Source of the DNA: an uncultured Planctomycetota bacterium
GTDB taxonomy: Bacteria > Planctomycetota > Planctomycetia > Isosphaerales > Isosphaeraceae
DNA length: 64,000 nt
Direction: 5' to 3'
NCBI GenBank assembly: GCA_963737655.1
Contig: CAVTTN010000002.1
Span: 6,656,001 to 6,720,000 of the forward strand
Below are positions 1 to 10,082 of this stretch, in pieces. The notes beneath the pieces were generated by a model. That model saw only the letters and a program-made list of their open reading frames with translations. It ran no database searches and was not told where the DNA came from. The translations under genes and the position numbers were made by a program. How positions within the stretch are numbered: the first letter of the stretch is position 1; each line of letters begins with the position of its first letter.

Positions 1-120
1 ATCAAGCTCTCCGACGAGCTCCTGGCCGCCTACAACCGCGAAGGCGCCGCGATCTCCAAGAGGGAGAACGTCCACCGGATGGCCGACGCCAACAAGGCGT
101 TCGCCCACTTCGCCTGGTAA
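1..120 (+). CDS. rpsG: 30S ribosomal protein S7, 3' end (partial)
   Basis: Frame 1 reads [39 protein letters not shown], the conserved S7 C-terminus; not in the ORF track. Confidence 0.96.
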   Translation: MKLSDELLAAYNREGAAISKRENVHRMADANKAFAHFAW

Positions 121-215
121 GCCCCTCGGATCGCGAATCCCCCCAAAATTCCCCGGGCCGAGCGATGCCCACGCATCGCTCGGCCCGTCCGCGCCTCTCG
201 CGGAGGCCCTCGTCG

Positions 216-728
216 ATGGCGACCGCGTCCTTGCCGAAGGCGGAACAGGTCCTCGCCATGCCCGATGACGGCGTCGAGCGAGAACTGATCCGCGGCGAAT
301 TGCGCGAGAAGCCCAGGACGAGGCGCAATCGGAAGCACAGCAGGGCCACCACCCGGGTCGCCCGTTTCCTCGATGATTGGCTCGACACCCAGCCGGAACC
401 CCGGGGCGAGGTCGTTTCCGGCGAGGCGGGGTTCGCCCTCTCCCGCGATCCCGACTCGGGCGTGGGGATCGATGTGGCCTACGTCTCGGCCGATCTGGCC
501 GTCGAGATCCTCTCGCCCAGCGACCGGCAGGAAGAGATCGACCACAAGATGGCACTCTACCTGGAATCGGGAGTGGGGCTGGTCTGGGTCCTGAATCCTC
601 GACACCGGACGGTGATCGTCCACCGGCCCGGCGCGGAGCCGGTCCTGTTCAACGCCTCCCAGGAGTTGACCGCCGAGCCCATCCTGCCCGGCTTCCGGGT
701 GGCGGTCGCCGACCTGTTCGGGCGATGA
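216..728 (+). CDS. Uma2 family (DUF820) PD-(D/E)xK-like protein
   Basis: ELIRGELRE, DVAYVS, LAVEILSPSD, YLESGVGLVWVLNP, LPGFRVAVADLF; GGAGG at 202-206 before ATG 216. Confidence 0.88.
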   Translation: MATASLPKAEQVLAMPDDGVERELIRGELREKPRTRRNRKHSRATTRVARFLDDWLDTQPEPRGEVVSGEAGFALSRDPDSGVGIDVAYVSADLAVEILSPSDRQEEIDHKMALYLESGVGLVWVLNPRHRTVIVHRPGAEPVLFNASQELTAEPILPGFRVAVADLFGR

Positions 729-773
729 GACCACCGCCCCCGACCGCCTGGGGCCGGGGGCGGCGCCTCGGCG

Positions 774-2369
774 TCACTTCTTCGTCGCGTGGTGGTCGAC
801 CTTCGAGACCTTCACGACGTGCTGGGAGACCGTCACCCCGTTGACCTGGGTGGCCGTCCCGTAGAACGCCCCGCCGTTCATCCGCGAGTCCAGGGCCTGG
901 AGGAAGGCCAGGACCGCCTCGCGATCGGTCATCGGCGCCGCGGCCGTGGCGACCTTGGCCTTCTTGCCGTGGGCGCCGACGGCCGTGGTCTTCAGCGTGT
1001 ACTTCTGCTGGAACACGTAGTTGCCCGACTGGAACTTCATCGCCATGGCGGCCGTGCCGTTGCCGGGATGGGTGTAGGTCGTCGTCGACCCTCCGGCGGA
1101 CGTCGTGGTCCCCAGGAGGAGCTGCGCCCCGGCCAGGTGGGTGTAGTCGGCCGGGACCAGGTCGCTCGTCTCCAGCGCCTTGAGGTTCGGGTCGGAGGTC
1201 GAGCTCGCCAGGCTCTGGTCGGCCATCAAGGCCATGGAGTGCGACTGCACGTTGATGTTCAGGTACGTCGATTCCAGGCTCGTCAGGTTGTTCGAAGACG
1301 AGGAGCTCGACGAACCCGAGGTGGACCCCGTCGTGTTCAGGACTGCCAGGAGCTGCTTGAGGTAGGTCACGTCGGTCGCGCTGGAGACCCCGGGCTGGAG
1401 GGTTACCCCTCGGGAGGCGGCCACCTCCTCGATCATCTTGTTCGCGCCGGTGTGGTCGGCCAGGAGCTGCTGGGCGTAGTACTTGACGTTCTGGTTCGTG
1501 CTCAGGAGGTTGATGATCTGGGAATCGACGAGCTGGAGGTTGCCCATCGAGTACGCGGCCTGGAGGCCCTGGGCGTCGCTGGTGGGCAAGGTCACGGCGG
1601 GGGTCGTCGAGCTGGTCGAGCTCGTGGTGCCGGTGGTCCCCGTCGTCGAGCTCCCGCCGACCGGCACGACGACCACCCCTCCGCCGCTGCCGGAGTAGGT
1701 CGGGAAGGTCGTGGAGCCGTTGAGGAGGTTCTGGGCGCCGCTCAGGTGGACCTGGTCCTCGGCGACCTGCTGCTGGGTGAAGTTGCGGACGTCGGTGTCC
1801 GAGGTGCTGGAGGCTTCCTGGTTGCCCTGGGTGATGTCGTTGGAGTTGAGCTGGGACATCGCCTGGAGGTAGGCGGTATCGAACCCCGAGGTGTTCACGG
1901 CGCCGAGGACCGTCTTCATCAGGCCGACGTCGGTGGCGTCGGTGATCTGGGTGGGCAGGACCACGTTCTTGGCCATGGCCAGGAGGCCGAGCTGGGTGTT
2001 CGACGTCTGGTGATCGCTGACGAGCTGCTTGGCGTAGGACTGGACCTCGGGCCGAGTGGCCACCTGCGAGGCGATCGTCGACAGGATGAACTCGGTCATC
2101 CCGCCCTGGAGGTCACCCTGGAGGGCCGTGACGTCGCTGTTGGGCAGCGAGGTCGGGTTGACCGGCGGATTGCCCTGGGTGGTCGTCGTGGCGGAGGTCG
2201 TCCCCGTGCTGCCGGTCGTCGTCGCGGTGCTGCCCGTCGTCGCCAGGGCCGTGGCCTTGTGCGCCGCCTTGTGGACGACGTGACGGGCGATGGGGACGTG
2301 GGCCGTGGAGAGCAGCGTCTTCTCTTCGAGGGCTTCGAGGCTCAGGTGCCGCTTCGAGTTGCGTCGCAT
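774..2369 (-). CDS. Secreted protein with planctomycete LEPR-XLL-type N-terminus and two DUF4142-like domains
   Basis: MRRNSKRHLSLEALEEKTLLS; two repeats with VQSYAKQLVSDH / VKYYAQQLLADH; FDTAYL motif; Thr/Ser-rich linkers. Confidence 0.75.
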   Translation of the reverse strand: MRRNSKRHLSLEALEEKTLLSTAHVPIARHVVHKAAHKATALATTGSTATTTGSTGTTSATTTTQGNPPVNPTSLPNSDVTALQGDLQGGMTEFILSTIASQVATRPEVQSYAKQLVSDHQTSNTQLGLLAMAKNVVLPTQITDATDVGLMKTVLGAVNTSGFDTAYLQAMSQLNSNDITQGNQEASSTSDTDVRNFTQQQVAEDQVHLSGAQNLLNGSTTFPTYSGSGGGVVVVPVGGSSTTGTTGTTSSTSSTTPAVTLPTSDAQGLQAAYSMGNLQLVDSQIINLLSTNQNVKYYAQQLLADHTGANKMIEEVAASRGVTLQPGVSSATDVTYLKQLLAVLNTTGSTSGSSSSSSSNNLTSLESTYLNINVQSHSMALMADQSLASSTSDPNLKALETSDLVPADYTHLAGAQLLLGTTTSAGGSTTTYTHPGNGTAAMAMKFQSGNYVFQQKYTLKTTAVGAHGKKAKVATAAAPMTDREAVLAFLQALDSRMNGGAFYGTATQVNGVTVSQHVVKVSKVDHHATKK

Positions 2370-2508
2370 CTTGGAACTCCGAGTGTCGAGGCCGATCTCC
2401 GCGCGGACCGCGTCCTCGGCCCGGTCTGCTCCGGGGCCGGTCGGGTTACGGGAGGTTTCCTGGACGGAATGGTCTTTCGGGGGGGTGGGCGGACGGGCCG
2501 CTCGCCGA

Positions 2509-2525
2509 AGCAAGCTCGATGCCAA
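2509..2525 (-). promoter_or_regulatory. Putative sigma54 (-24/-12) promoter of the DUF4142 gene
   Basis: Minus strand TTGGCATCGAGCTTGCT, with GG-N10-GC spacing, close to the TGGCACG-N4-TTGC consensus. Confidence 0.65.
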
Positions 2526-2693
2526 ATCCAGGCTTGTCGACTCATCGCCGTGGCAAAGATCGGCAAGTTCTCGGGTTAGACACGAGAGAGCCCGCCTCGC
2601 GAAGCCGGGGCGGGCGGGCGAAGCTGGGGGGTGGGCCCGAGTTTGCCGTCGGACTTCCTCGCGATAGGAAGAACGTCGCGCGTCCCCCGGCGG

Positions 2694-3776
2694 TCAGAGG
2701 ACCGGGGACGGAGGCCCGGTCGGGCCGGTCGCGGAGGGTCGGCCCGGCGCCATCGCCGGAGGGCGGCAGCAGTCGACGGGGCAGACGTCGTGGCTCGGAC
2801 CGTCCCGGCCGATCGCCCGGCGATCCTCGGCCCGGCCGATCCTCTCGGCGATCAGCTCGCGGAGCATCCCGACGAACTGCGGGTCGGTGCCGACGGTCCC
2901 GGCGCGGACCATCCCGATCCCCAGCTCCTCGGCCTTGTGGCGGGCCTCGTCGTCGAGGTCGTAGAGCACTTCCATGTGGTCGGAGAGGAACCCCACCGGC
3001 TGGATCACCACGTCGGCCACGCCTCGGGCCTTCAAATCGGCGAGGTGGTCGAGGATGTCCGGTTCGAGCCAGGGGTCTTGCGGCCTCCCGCTCCGGCTCT
3101 GATAGACGAGCTTCCAGCGGTCCGGGCCGATCCCGAGCGACTCGGCCACGAGCCGGCACGTCTCGGTCAACTGCGCCTCGTAGTTGCAGTTCGCCGCCAT
3201 TGAGGACGGGATGCTGTGCGCGGTGAAGGCGACGTGGGCCGCGTCGCGACGCTCTGCGGGGAGGCCATCCAGCCCCTCGCGCACCCTCTTCGCGTTGGAG
3301 GCGACGAAGTCCGGGTGGTTGTAGAAGACCCTCATCTTCTCGAATGTCGGGGCCCCGTCGCCCACGGCCTCCCGAGCCTTCTCGACGTCCTCGCGATACT
3401 GTCGGCAGCTCGAATAGGAGCTGTACGCGGCCAGGACGACGGCCAGGGCGTGAGTCACGCCGTCGGCCTTCATCCGGGCCATCGTGTCGGCGAGCATCGG
3501 GTGCCAGTTGCGGTTGCCCCAGTACACGGGCAGGTCGATCCCATGGCGCCGGAGCTCGGGCGAGAGCGCGGCGATCAGGTCGCGGACCTGCGCGTTGATC
3601 GGGCTGATGCCGTCGAAATGGTAATAATGCTCGGCGACCTGGAGCATCCGTTCGCGGGGGACGTTGCGCCCTCGGAGGACGTTCTCCAGGAACGGGAGGA
3701 CGTCCTCCCGCCGCTCGGGTCCGCCGAAGCCGACGATCAGGAGGGCGTCAAAGGCGGGGGGAGGGGTCGGCGTCAT
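2694..3776 (-). CDS. hemH: Ferrochelatase
   Basis: GFGGPE, HYYHFDGISPIN, FTAHSIP, YQSRSG..PWLEPDI, GFLSDHMEVLYDLD. Confidence 0.93.
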   Translation of the reverse strand: MTPTPPPAFDALLIVGFGGPERREDVLPFLENVLRGRNVPRERMLQVAEHYYHFDGISPINAQVRDLIAALSPELRRHGIDLPVYWGNRNWHPMLADTMARMKADGVTHALAVVLAAYSSYSSCRQYREDVEKAREAVGDGAPTFEKMRVFYNHPDFVASNAKRVREGLDGLPAERRDAAHVAFTAHSIPSSMAANCNYEAQLTETCRLVAESLGIGPDRWKLVYQSRSGRPQDPWLEPDILDHLADLKARGVADVVIQPVGFLSDHMEVLYDLDDEARHKAEELGIGMVRAGTVGTDPQFVGMLRELIAERIGRAEDRRAIGRDGPSHDVCPVDCCRPPAMAPGRPSATGPTGPPSPVL

Positions 3777-3855
3777 GGTCGGTCCGTGGAAGGAGGGGAT
3801 CGCAACTCCTCTCCGTTGTAGGCCCCGAATCGGCGATCGCAAGCCCCGGCCCGGC

Positions 3856-4416
3856 CTAATCGTTGTGGCGCTCTCGGAGGCGGGGGGAGAGCCGCAAGAC
3901 GAGCTGGGCCCGTTCGAACTCGTCGAGCCATTCGGCCGCGACGGTCGCCGTGACGTCGTCCGATGGGGGGACGATCCCGGTCGGGCAGCTCGGCCCGAGC
4001 TGCTCGGCGGCGAGCTGGCGGTATCGCGACGCCGTGCGATCGCCGTATCGCGCGACCTCCTCGAAATCCTCGCTGAGGAAGACCACCATCGGCACCCGGT
4101 TGCCGCCGTTCATCTTCAGGGCACCCTTGACGTCCTCCCGGGCGTCGCGGTCGAGGAACTTCAGCTCGATCGAGGGCGACTCGGCGGCGAGATGGTCGAA
4201 AATCGGGCACTGGTTGATGCAGTCGCCGCACCACGCCCCGTTCAGGACGAGCACCGGCATCCTCCTCTTGAACCCGCCGAGGACGGCCTTCTGCTCGGAG
4301 GTCAGGGCGACCCGGGCATGCATCGCGTCCCACCGCTTCCTCTGCTCGGCCGAGGCGTAGCGGTCGAGGAATTCCAGGTACGTCAGCGACTCGGCGAACA
4401 CGGCGGACCAGTCCAT
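3856..4416 (-). CDS. Thioredoxin-family protein
   Basis: WCGDC motif and cis-Pro region GGNRVP. Confidence 0.85.
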   Translation of the reverse strand: MDWSAVFAESLTYLEFLDRYASAEQRKRWDAMHARVALTSEQKAVLGGFKRRMPVLVLNGAWCGDCINQCPIFDHLAAESPSIELKFLDRDAREDVKGALKMNGGNRVPMVVFLSEDFEEVARYGDRTASRYRQLAAEQLGPSCPTGIVPPSDDVTATVAAEWLDEFERAQLVLRLSPRLRERHND

Positions 4417-4525
4417 GAATCCTCCCCGATCGAGAAAACCCGGAGCGAAGGCGAGACCGCTCCCCGGGGCGAATCATTCTAGGCCCCAGGGCCGTCGGGA
4501 ACGCGGATTTCGAGCCAATCTCCCA

Positions 4526-4747
4526 CTACGTGGAACGTCCGGCGGTCGCGGGATGGGTCGGGGGAGGGGCCGGGGACCGCCACTCGATCGAAAAATCGCC
4601 GTCCTTCGCGAACTTCTCGATCTCCTCGCGGGTTTGAGGGATCTCGACGCCCGAGATCTCGCGATAGTTCCCGCTCCCGGACCGCTTCCAGTTCACCTCC
4701 GAACCGAACCAGCGGCCACCGGCCTGATAAACAATAAGGCACTTCAC
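4526..4747 (-). CDS. Small hypothetical protein (~73 aa)
   Basis: GTG start, MKCLIVYQAGGRWFGSEVNW...EEIEKFAKDGDFSIEW; coding-like codon usage; no recognised family. Confidence 0.45.
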   Translation of the reverse strand: MKCLIVYQAGGRWFGSEVNWKRSGSGNYREISGVEIPQTREEIEKFAKDGDFSIEWRSPAPPPTHPATAGRST

Positions 4748-4780
4748 GAAAAAGGCCCCCATCGGGTGGATGAAACAATC

Positions 4781-4803
4781 GTCGGGTGCATGAAATGCAC
4801 CAA
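4781..4803 (+). repeat. GTAG-type REP copy (GTCG variant)
   Basis: GTCGGGTGCATGAAATGCACCAA; same palindrome as at 20138, 20182, 32355 and 44963. Confidence 0.7.
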
Positions 4804-4864
4804 CCCCGCGGCGGCCAACGGCCGCCCACCTGATCCCTCTCGCCTCCGCACTCCGAAGCACTCC

Positions 4865-6739
4865 TCATTCCCCATCGGCGACCGCATTCATCGGCGCCTC
4901 GTCGGCCCGCAACGCCTCGATCTGATTCGAATACGCGGCGACCAGCTCCCGGCGGCTGAGGAGGCCGACGAGATGGCCGGGGTCGTCGGGATCGACCACG
5001 GGGATTTCCTCCAGGTTCAGGCCGGTCAAGCGACGGAGGGCGGTGTGGAGGTCGTCCCTCGGCGTGACGGTGACCACCGGCCGGGTCGCCAGGTCGTCGG
5101 CCAGGACGAGCGAGCCCAGATGCGACCCGAGCAGGGCCATTCGGAGGTCTCTCAGCGAAAAAATCCCGGTGAACCGATTGGCCGAATCGACCACCGGGAA
5201 CAGCGTCTCGGGCGAGTTCGCCACGATCCGCACGACCTGATCGAACGGCAGGGCCTCGGGCACCCGCTCGATCCCCTCGACCCGGATGCGGACGTCCTTG
5301 ACCTTGATCCTCTCCAAAACATCGACGACGAAATCTCCCTGATGCGCCGGGCTGTCGATCGGGCTGGGCACCTGTTCTTCGTACAGGGTCCAGCCGCGAG
5401 ACAGGGCGACGTTCAACCCGCAGACGAGCATCAACGGGACGAGCAGGCGGTAGTGGCCGGTCATCTCGCAGACCATCACGATCGACGCCAGAGGGGTCTT
5501 GGACACCCCGGCGAAGAACCCGCCCATGCCGACCAGGGCGAAGGCGGCCGGGTCGATCAGGTCGCCCCGGGGCAAGAATTCCCGGAAGAACTGGCCGGCC
5601 GCCCCGCCGAGCATCCCCCCGATGAAGACCGACGGCCCGAACACGCCTCCGCTCCCTCCGGAGCTGATCGTCAACCCGGTGGAGACGATCTTCATCAGCG
5701 CGAGCAGGGCGAGCATCCGGAAGCCCATCTGAGGGACGAACGGGCGGACCCCCGGCCCGAACGGCATGGCGCCCTCGCGGAAGAACTCCGAGGGCATGCC
5801 GATCGCCCCCCACTGGACCCATCCATAGCCGCCGGTCATCAATTCCGGGAGGGCCAGGGCCATCAACCCCAGGAGGAACCCGCCGACGGCCGGCTTGACG
5901 TGCCGGGGGATCGGCATCGGGTGGAAGAACCTGTCGCGGAGGCCGTAGAACACCTTCACATACAGCCAGCCCACCGCCGCGCACAGGAAGGCGAAGATCG
6001 TGAACAGGGGGATCTCGCGGAACCCGTGGAAGGCCAGGTCCGGGACGATGAAGATCGGCTGGGGCGTGATGAACAGGGCGAACGTCGAATAGGCGACGAT
6101 CGAGCTGGCCAGGCAGGGGAGCAGGGCGACGGATTCGGTGGCGGTCGTCGCGTACAGGACCTCCCCGGCGAACAACGCCCCGCCCAGGGGGGCGCGGAAG
6201 ATCGCGCCGATGCCCCCGGCGGCGCCGGAGAGCATGAGCAACCGCCGTTCGCCCGGGGTGAGCTTCAGGAGCCGGGCCAGGGCCGAGCCGAACCCGGCGC
6301 CGATCTGCGCGATCGGCCCTTCCTGGCCGGCCGATCCGCCGGAACCGATGGTGATGACCGACGCCACGGCCTTGATAATCGGCACCCGGCCGCGGATCTG
6401 CCCGCCCCCTCGGTGGAAGGCGCGGACCAGGGCGTCGGTGCCGTGCCCCTCGGCCTCGGGGGCGAGCGAGAAGACGATCAGGCCCGAGATCAGGCCGCCG
6501 ATGGTCGGCACGAGCAGGACGAGCCACCAGGGATGGGGCGAGGTGACCGGCCCGGCCGAACCCTCGCCCGTCGGCGGCATGTGGAAGCCCAGGAGGCCGC
6601 CCAGGAGCACCCGTTGGGTGGCATCCAGCGCGAGCAGGAAGGCGACGGCTCCGAGGCCGGCGACCATCCCGACGACCGGGCTGCACACCGTCGCCCGGCC
6701 CGTGCCTGGGGTGGCCCAGCGGGTGACCAGGCGGTTCAA
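4865..6739 (-). CDS. ClC chloride channel/antiporter with C-terminal CBS pair
   Basis: EGHGTD, GSAGQEGP, FRAPLGG, GGVFGP motifs, many TM helices, CBS domains. Confidence 0.92.
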   Translation of the reverse strand: MNRLVTRWATPGTGRATVCSPVVGMVAGLGAVAFLLALDATQRVLLGGLLGFHMPPTGEGSAGPVTSPHPWWLVLLVPTIGGLISGLIVFSLAPEAEGHGTDALVRAFHRGGGQIRGRVPIIKAVASVITIGSGGSAGQEGPIAQIGAGFGSALARLLKLTPGERRLLMLSGAAGGIGAIFRAPLGGALFAGEVLYATTATESVALLPCLASSIVAYSTFALFITPQPIFIVPDLAFHGFREIPLFTIFAFLCAAVGWLYVKVFYGLRDRFFHPMPIPRHVKPAVGGFLLGLMALALPELMTGGYGWVQWGAIGMPSEFFREGAMPFGPGVRPFVPQMGFRMLALLALMKIVSTGLTISSGGSGGVFGPSVFIGGMLGGAAGQFFREFLPRGDLIDPAAFALVGMGGFFAGVSKTPLASIVMVCEMTGHYRLLVPLMLVCGLNVALSRGWTLYEEQVPSPIDSPAHQGDFVVDVLERIKVKDVRIRVEGIERVPEALPFDQVVRIVANSPETLFPVVDSANRFTGIFSLRDLRMALLGSHLGSLVLADDLATRPVVTVTPRDDLHTALRRLTGLNLEEIPVVDPDDPGHLVGLLSRRELVAAYSNQIEALRADEAPMNAVADGE

Positions 6740-6794
6740 GAGCCGGCCGACCCGGCCTCGAACTCGGGACGAGGAGGGCGGGGGGGAGATTCGG

Positions 6795-8495
6795 TCATCG
6801 CGAGAGTTCCGGGGCCCGCCGTCTGAGCTCCGCGGTCAGGTCCGGGAGTCGGTCCAAAAGCGTCATGTACCACTCGTAACGCTCCCGGAAGTGCGCCGAG
6901 AGGAGCCGATTCTCCGCCACGTAGCGATAGGCCGCCTCGGCGATCTCCCGGCGGCGCTCGCCGTCGTCGATCAATCGGCCGAGCCGGTCCTCGAACTCCT
7001 GGGGCGAGTCGAAGATCAGGCCGGTCTCGCCGTGGCGGATCGTCTCGGCGTAGACCGTCGGGCTGGCCAGCGCCACCACCCCGTTGGCCGCACTCTCGAC
7101 GAATTTCAGGTCCGACTTGCACGCGTTGAACGCCGAGGGGCTCAACGGCAACAGCGACACGTCGGCCGTCCTCAGGATCTCCTGATACCGCTCATACGGG
7201 CAGAACGGCTCGAAATCCTTGAACGGCGTGGCCAGCGCGTCGAAGAACGCCCGATCGTAGATCACCCGGACGCGGACCCGATTGCCGAACTCCTCCAGGA
7301 GGCGATTCAGAGGGGGGAGGATGTCGGCCCAGTCCTTCTCCCGGTTCAGGGCCCCGAAGAACAGGGTGACCGGGCCGGGTTCTCGGGGGCCTCGGGGCGG
7401 AGGCAGGGAGGCGACCTGATTGGCGAAGACCTTCACATGGGGGTTGGACTGCCGGATCTTCTCGGCCAGCCGCTCGGTCGAGGTCTGGACCGCGTGGCAG
7501 GCCGAGAACGTCAGGGAGCTGTGCTCGGCGATCGCCGGGAAGTGGTCCGGGTCGTCGTCGAACTCGGCCACGACGAGGTAGCCGCCGGCGATCAGGGCGG
7601 ACTGGGCCGAGAGGTTCTCGCGACCCAGCAAGATGTTCCTCTGGCGGACGAAGATCCGGGCCTCGTCGAGCCGGATCCCGCCCAGGGCCTTCGGGTCGGT
7701 CGCGGCGATCGTGCGGACTCCCGGGATCGTCCCGAGGAACACGTCGGGCTCCACCACGCGGACCCGGGCGCAGACCAGGGGCTCGGCGATCAGCGTCTGG
7801 ATCGCCAGCTTCCTCGGAGGCGCCTCGGACTTCACCGAGCGGACGATGAATTGAAGGGCGCCGGTCCGGGTCGCGAAGGCCGACGAGTCCAGGCCCAGGG
7901 CCTGGGCCACCGGGGCCATCAGCGCGAGGAACCGCTCGAAGCCGGGCGAGGGGAAGATTCGCGGCTGGATGTCGAAGACCTGCAACCCGGCCCCGGAAAA
8001 CAGCGACCGCATCTCCTGGACGGTGAAGAACCGCAGGTGAGTGCGGTCGAGCAGGCCCTCGTCCTGGTACTCCCACCGCCCTTGAAGGAGGCCGAGGATC
8101 ATCGACCAGTGCTGGACGTTCGGGATGCACGCCACCGCCTGGCCGCCCTCGCGCAACAGGGGCACGAGCCCGGCCAGGACGCCCCAGGGGTCGAGCATAT
8201 GCTCCAGGACGTCGCCGAAGACCAGGCAATCGACGGTCCCCACGGCGACGTCCAGCCCGTCGAGATCGAGGTTGGCGGCGTCGCCGACGGCCACGGCGTC
8301 GAGCCGTCCCCGGGCGACCTCGGCCGCCTCCTCGTTCGCCTCGATCCCGAGATAGCGGACCCGGGGATTGAGCCGTCGATAGCGATCGGCCAGCGCCCCG
8401 GTCCCGCACCCGACCTCCAGGACGGTCCTCGCGTCGGGCGGGATCACCCGGAGGAGGTCCGGGTTGACCCGGTCGTAATAGTCGGGGATGGCCAT
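6795..8495 (-). CDS. SAM methyltransferase fused to GT-B glycosyltransferase
   Basis: [28 protein letters not shown]-terminal [12 protein letters not shown] and HGETGLIF. Confidence 0.85.
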   Translation of the reverse strand: MAIPDYYDRVNPDLLRVIPPDARTVLEVGCGTGALADRYRRLNPRVRYLGIEANEEAAEVARGRLDAVAVGDAANLDLDGLDVAVGTVDCLVFGDVLEHMLDPWGVLAGLVPLLREGGQAVACIPNVQHWSMILGLLQGRWEYQDEGLLDRTHLRFFTVQEMRSLFSGAGLQVFDIQPRIFPSPGFERFLALMAPVAQALGLDSSAFATRTGALQFIVRSVKSEAPPRKLAIQTLIAEPLVCARVRVVEPDVFLGTIPGVRTIAATDPKALGGIRLDEARIFVRQRNILLGRENLSAQSALIAGGYLVVAEFDDDPDHFPAIAEHSSLTFSACHAVQTSTERLAEKIRQSNPHVKVFANQVASLPPPRGPREPGPVTLFFGALNREKDWADILPPLNRLLEEFGNRVRVRVIYDRAFFDALATPFKDFEPFCPYERYQEILRTADVSLLPLSPSAFNACKSDLKFVESAANGVVALASPTVYAETIRHGETGLIFDSPQEFEDRLGRLIDDGERRREIAEAAYRYVAENRLLSAHFRERYEWYMTLLDRLPDLTAELRRRAPELSR

Positions 8496-8600
8496 CGGTC
8501 GCGAGCACTCCGTCCGGCGGGGAGTCGTCCAGGATACGGAGCTCTCCGGGCCTCGACAAGTCGGCGGCCGCCGGTCTCGGCCGATCCGCCGTCGATCGTC

Positions 8601-9065
8601 TCAGAGCCAGCCCAGGGCGCGGAGGCCGGCCAGGTGCTTGCAAGGCGGGGCGCCGTCAATCTCCGCGACCTCGAAGGTCCATTCGGCGCAATCGCATCGG
8701 GTCGTCCCGTCGCGGAGCCGGGCCGCGTAATAGGGGCCATCCTCCGAGGCCGGCAGGCGGGTCAGCCTCCAGAGGACCGGCGCCAGGGCCGTCCCGGCGA
8801 TCCGCTCGACCCGGTAGGTCTTGCCGCCCAGGGGGATCAGGATCGCTTTCGGCCCGTCGGTCGCGGCCTCACCGAGGGTCAGGATCGTGGCCGGGGCCTC
8901 GTCCAGGGCGGCTTCCAGGGCCGACGACCCGAATTCGGCCCGGAGCCGGTCCCACGACCGCCTCGCCTCGTCCAGGGCATGGCGGAAGTGCCAGGTGGTC
9001 TCGTGGAAAGGCCCGAGCCGGGCCTCGGCAACCTGGAGATCGGCCGCCGCCACGTCCAGGATCAT
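8601..9065 (-). CDS. Hypothetical protein with SWIM-type zinc finger
   Basis: C-terminal RCDCAEW...PCKHL (CxC...CxH). Confidence 0.65.
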   Translation of the reverse strand: MILDVAAADLQVAEARLGPFHETTWHFRHALDEARRSWDRLRAEFGSSALEAALDEAPATILTLGEAATDGPKAILIPLGGKTYRVERIAGTALAPVLWRLTRLPASEDGPYYAARLRDGTTRCDCAEWTFEVAEIDGAPPCKHLAGLRALGWL

Positions 9066-9172
9066 CCGACCCCTCTGCGCAGCTCGACCGACTTGAACGC
9101 CGGGTCCGAGCCGTCGAGGCGAGACGGCCAGGGCGATCGGCGAGACGGCGCGACCATCGACGGACCCCGAGC

Positions 9173-9427
9173 TCAGGACGCGAAAGGGGCCGAGTCGCGC
9201 GCGGATTCGGTCGGCACCAGGTGGACATAGGTCGGAGACGAACCGCCCCCCGCCTGACGGGCCGAGACGCGGTAGGCGCGACCACCCCGCGACATCCGAT
9301 CCCCCGGAGCCATCGTCTCGGCCGTTGCCAGGTCGCCGATCAGGCGGACCTCGCGGATCGTCGGCCCCGTGGTCCTGGGCCTTCTCCGCGGTCGTCGTGC
9401 TGGACTCGCCTGCGCGGAACTCGCCAT
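9173..9427 (-). CDS. Small hypothetical protein
   Basis: ATG preceded by GGAGGG; co-oriented with neighbours; no recognised family. Confidence 0.4.
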   Translation of the reverse strand: MASSAQASPARRPRRRPRTTGPTIREVRLIGDLATAETMAPGDRMSRGGRAYRVSARQAGGGSSPTYVHLVPTESARDSAPFAS

Positions 9428-9536
9428 CGCTTCCGCCCTCCATGCCGCCGGGCTCCGATCTCACGTTCAGGAGTGTACTGAACGCCAGAAAGGGAACGCA
9501 AGGGCATGGTGGACGGATTTTGCCGGTTTTTCCGGA

Positions 9537-9959
9537 TCAGTCGGCCGGGTGGCCGAGTCCGGCGGCGATCCGCTCCCGCATCCGCTCCATCTCGCCGTCG
9601 GCGTAGCTCGCGTGGGGCCACGGCCAGCGGACGGCGTCCCCGTCATATCGGGGAATGATGTGCCAGTGGACGTGATCGACGGTCTGACCGGCGATCCGGC
9701 CGTTGTTGGCGATCACGTTCAGGGCCTCGGCGCCGGTGGCCTCGCGGACGGCCCGGCAGAGCCGAGGGATCAGCGAGCCGAGATGCGCCGAAAGGTCGTC
9801 CGACAGGTCCGCCAGGACGGCGATCGGCTCCTTGGGGATCAGCAGGACGTGACCGTGGTTCACCGGGCTGATGTCCAGGAACGCCAGGGCCCGGTCGGTC
9901 TCCAGGACCTTCGCGCAGGGGATCTCTCCCCGGACGATCTTGGAAAAGATGGTGCTCAT
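9537..9959 (-). CDS. HIT family protein
   Basis: IFSKIVRGEIP, AFLDISP, GQTVDHVHWHIIPR histidine triad. Confidence 0.93.
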   Translation of the reverse strand: MSTIFSKIVRGEIPCAKVLETDRALAFLDISPVNHGHVLLIPKEPIAVLADLSDDLSAHLGSLIPRLCRAVREATGAEALNVIANNGRIAGQTVDHVHWHIIPRYDGDAVRWPWPHASYADGEMERMRERIAAGLGHPAD

Positions 9960-9978
9960 GGCACCCCCATCGGTGGTA

Positions 9979-10064
9979 ACGGATCCACACGCATCAGAAC
10001 GAGGAATGAAGAGGGACCGGATTCTGATCCCCCTTCATCCCTCCGCGATCGCGTGTGGATCCGT
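9979..10064. repeat. Intergenic long inverted repeat
   Basis: Perfect 14-bp arms ACGGATCCACACGC / GCGTGTGGATCCGT, plus inner ATGAAG/CTTCAT pairing. Confidence 0.8.
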
Positions 10065-10082
10065 GAAAAAGACGCCTCGCGA

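Noticed and set aside
789..9230. Very long + strand ORFs (789-2579, 4415-6826, 6138-9230) and similar ones such as 13512-16106 and 40530-43232
   Set aside because: Antisense shadows of clear genes in high-GC DNA; no motifs and biased Arg/Gly/Pro composition
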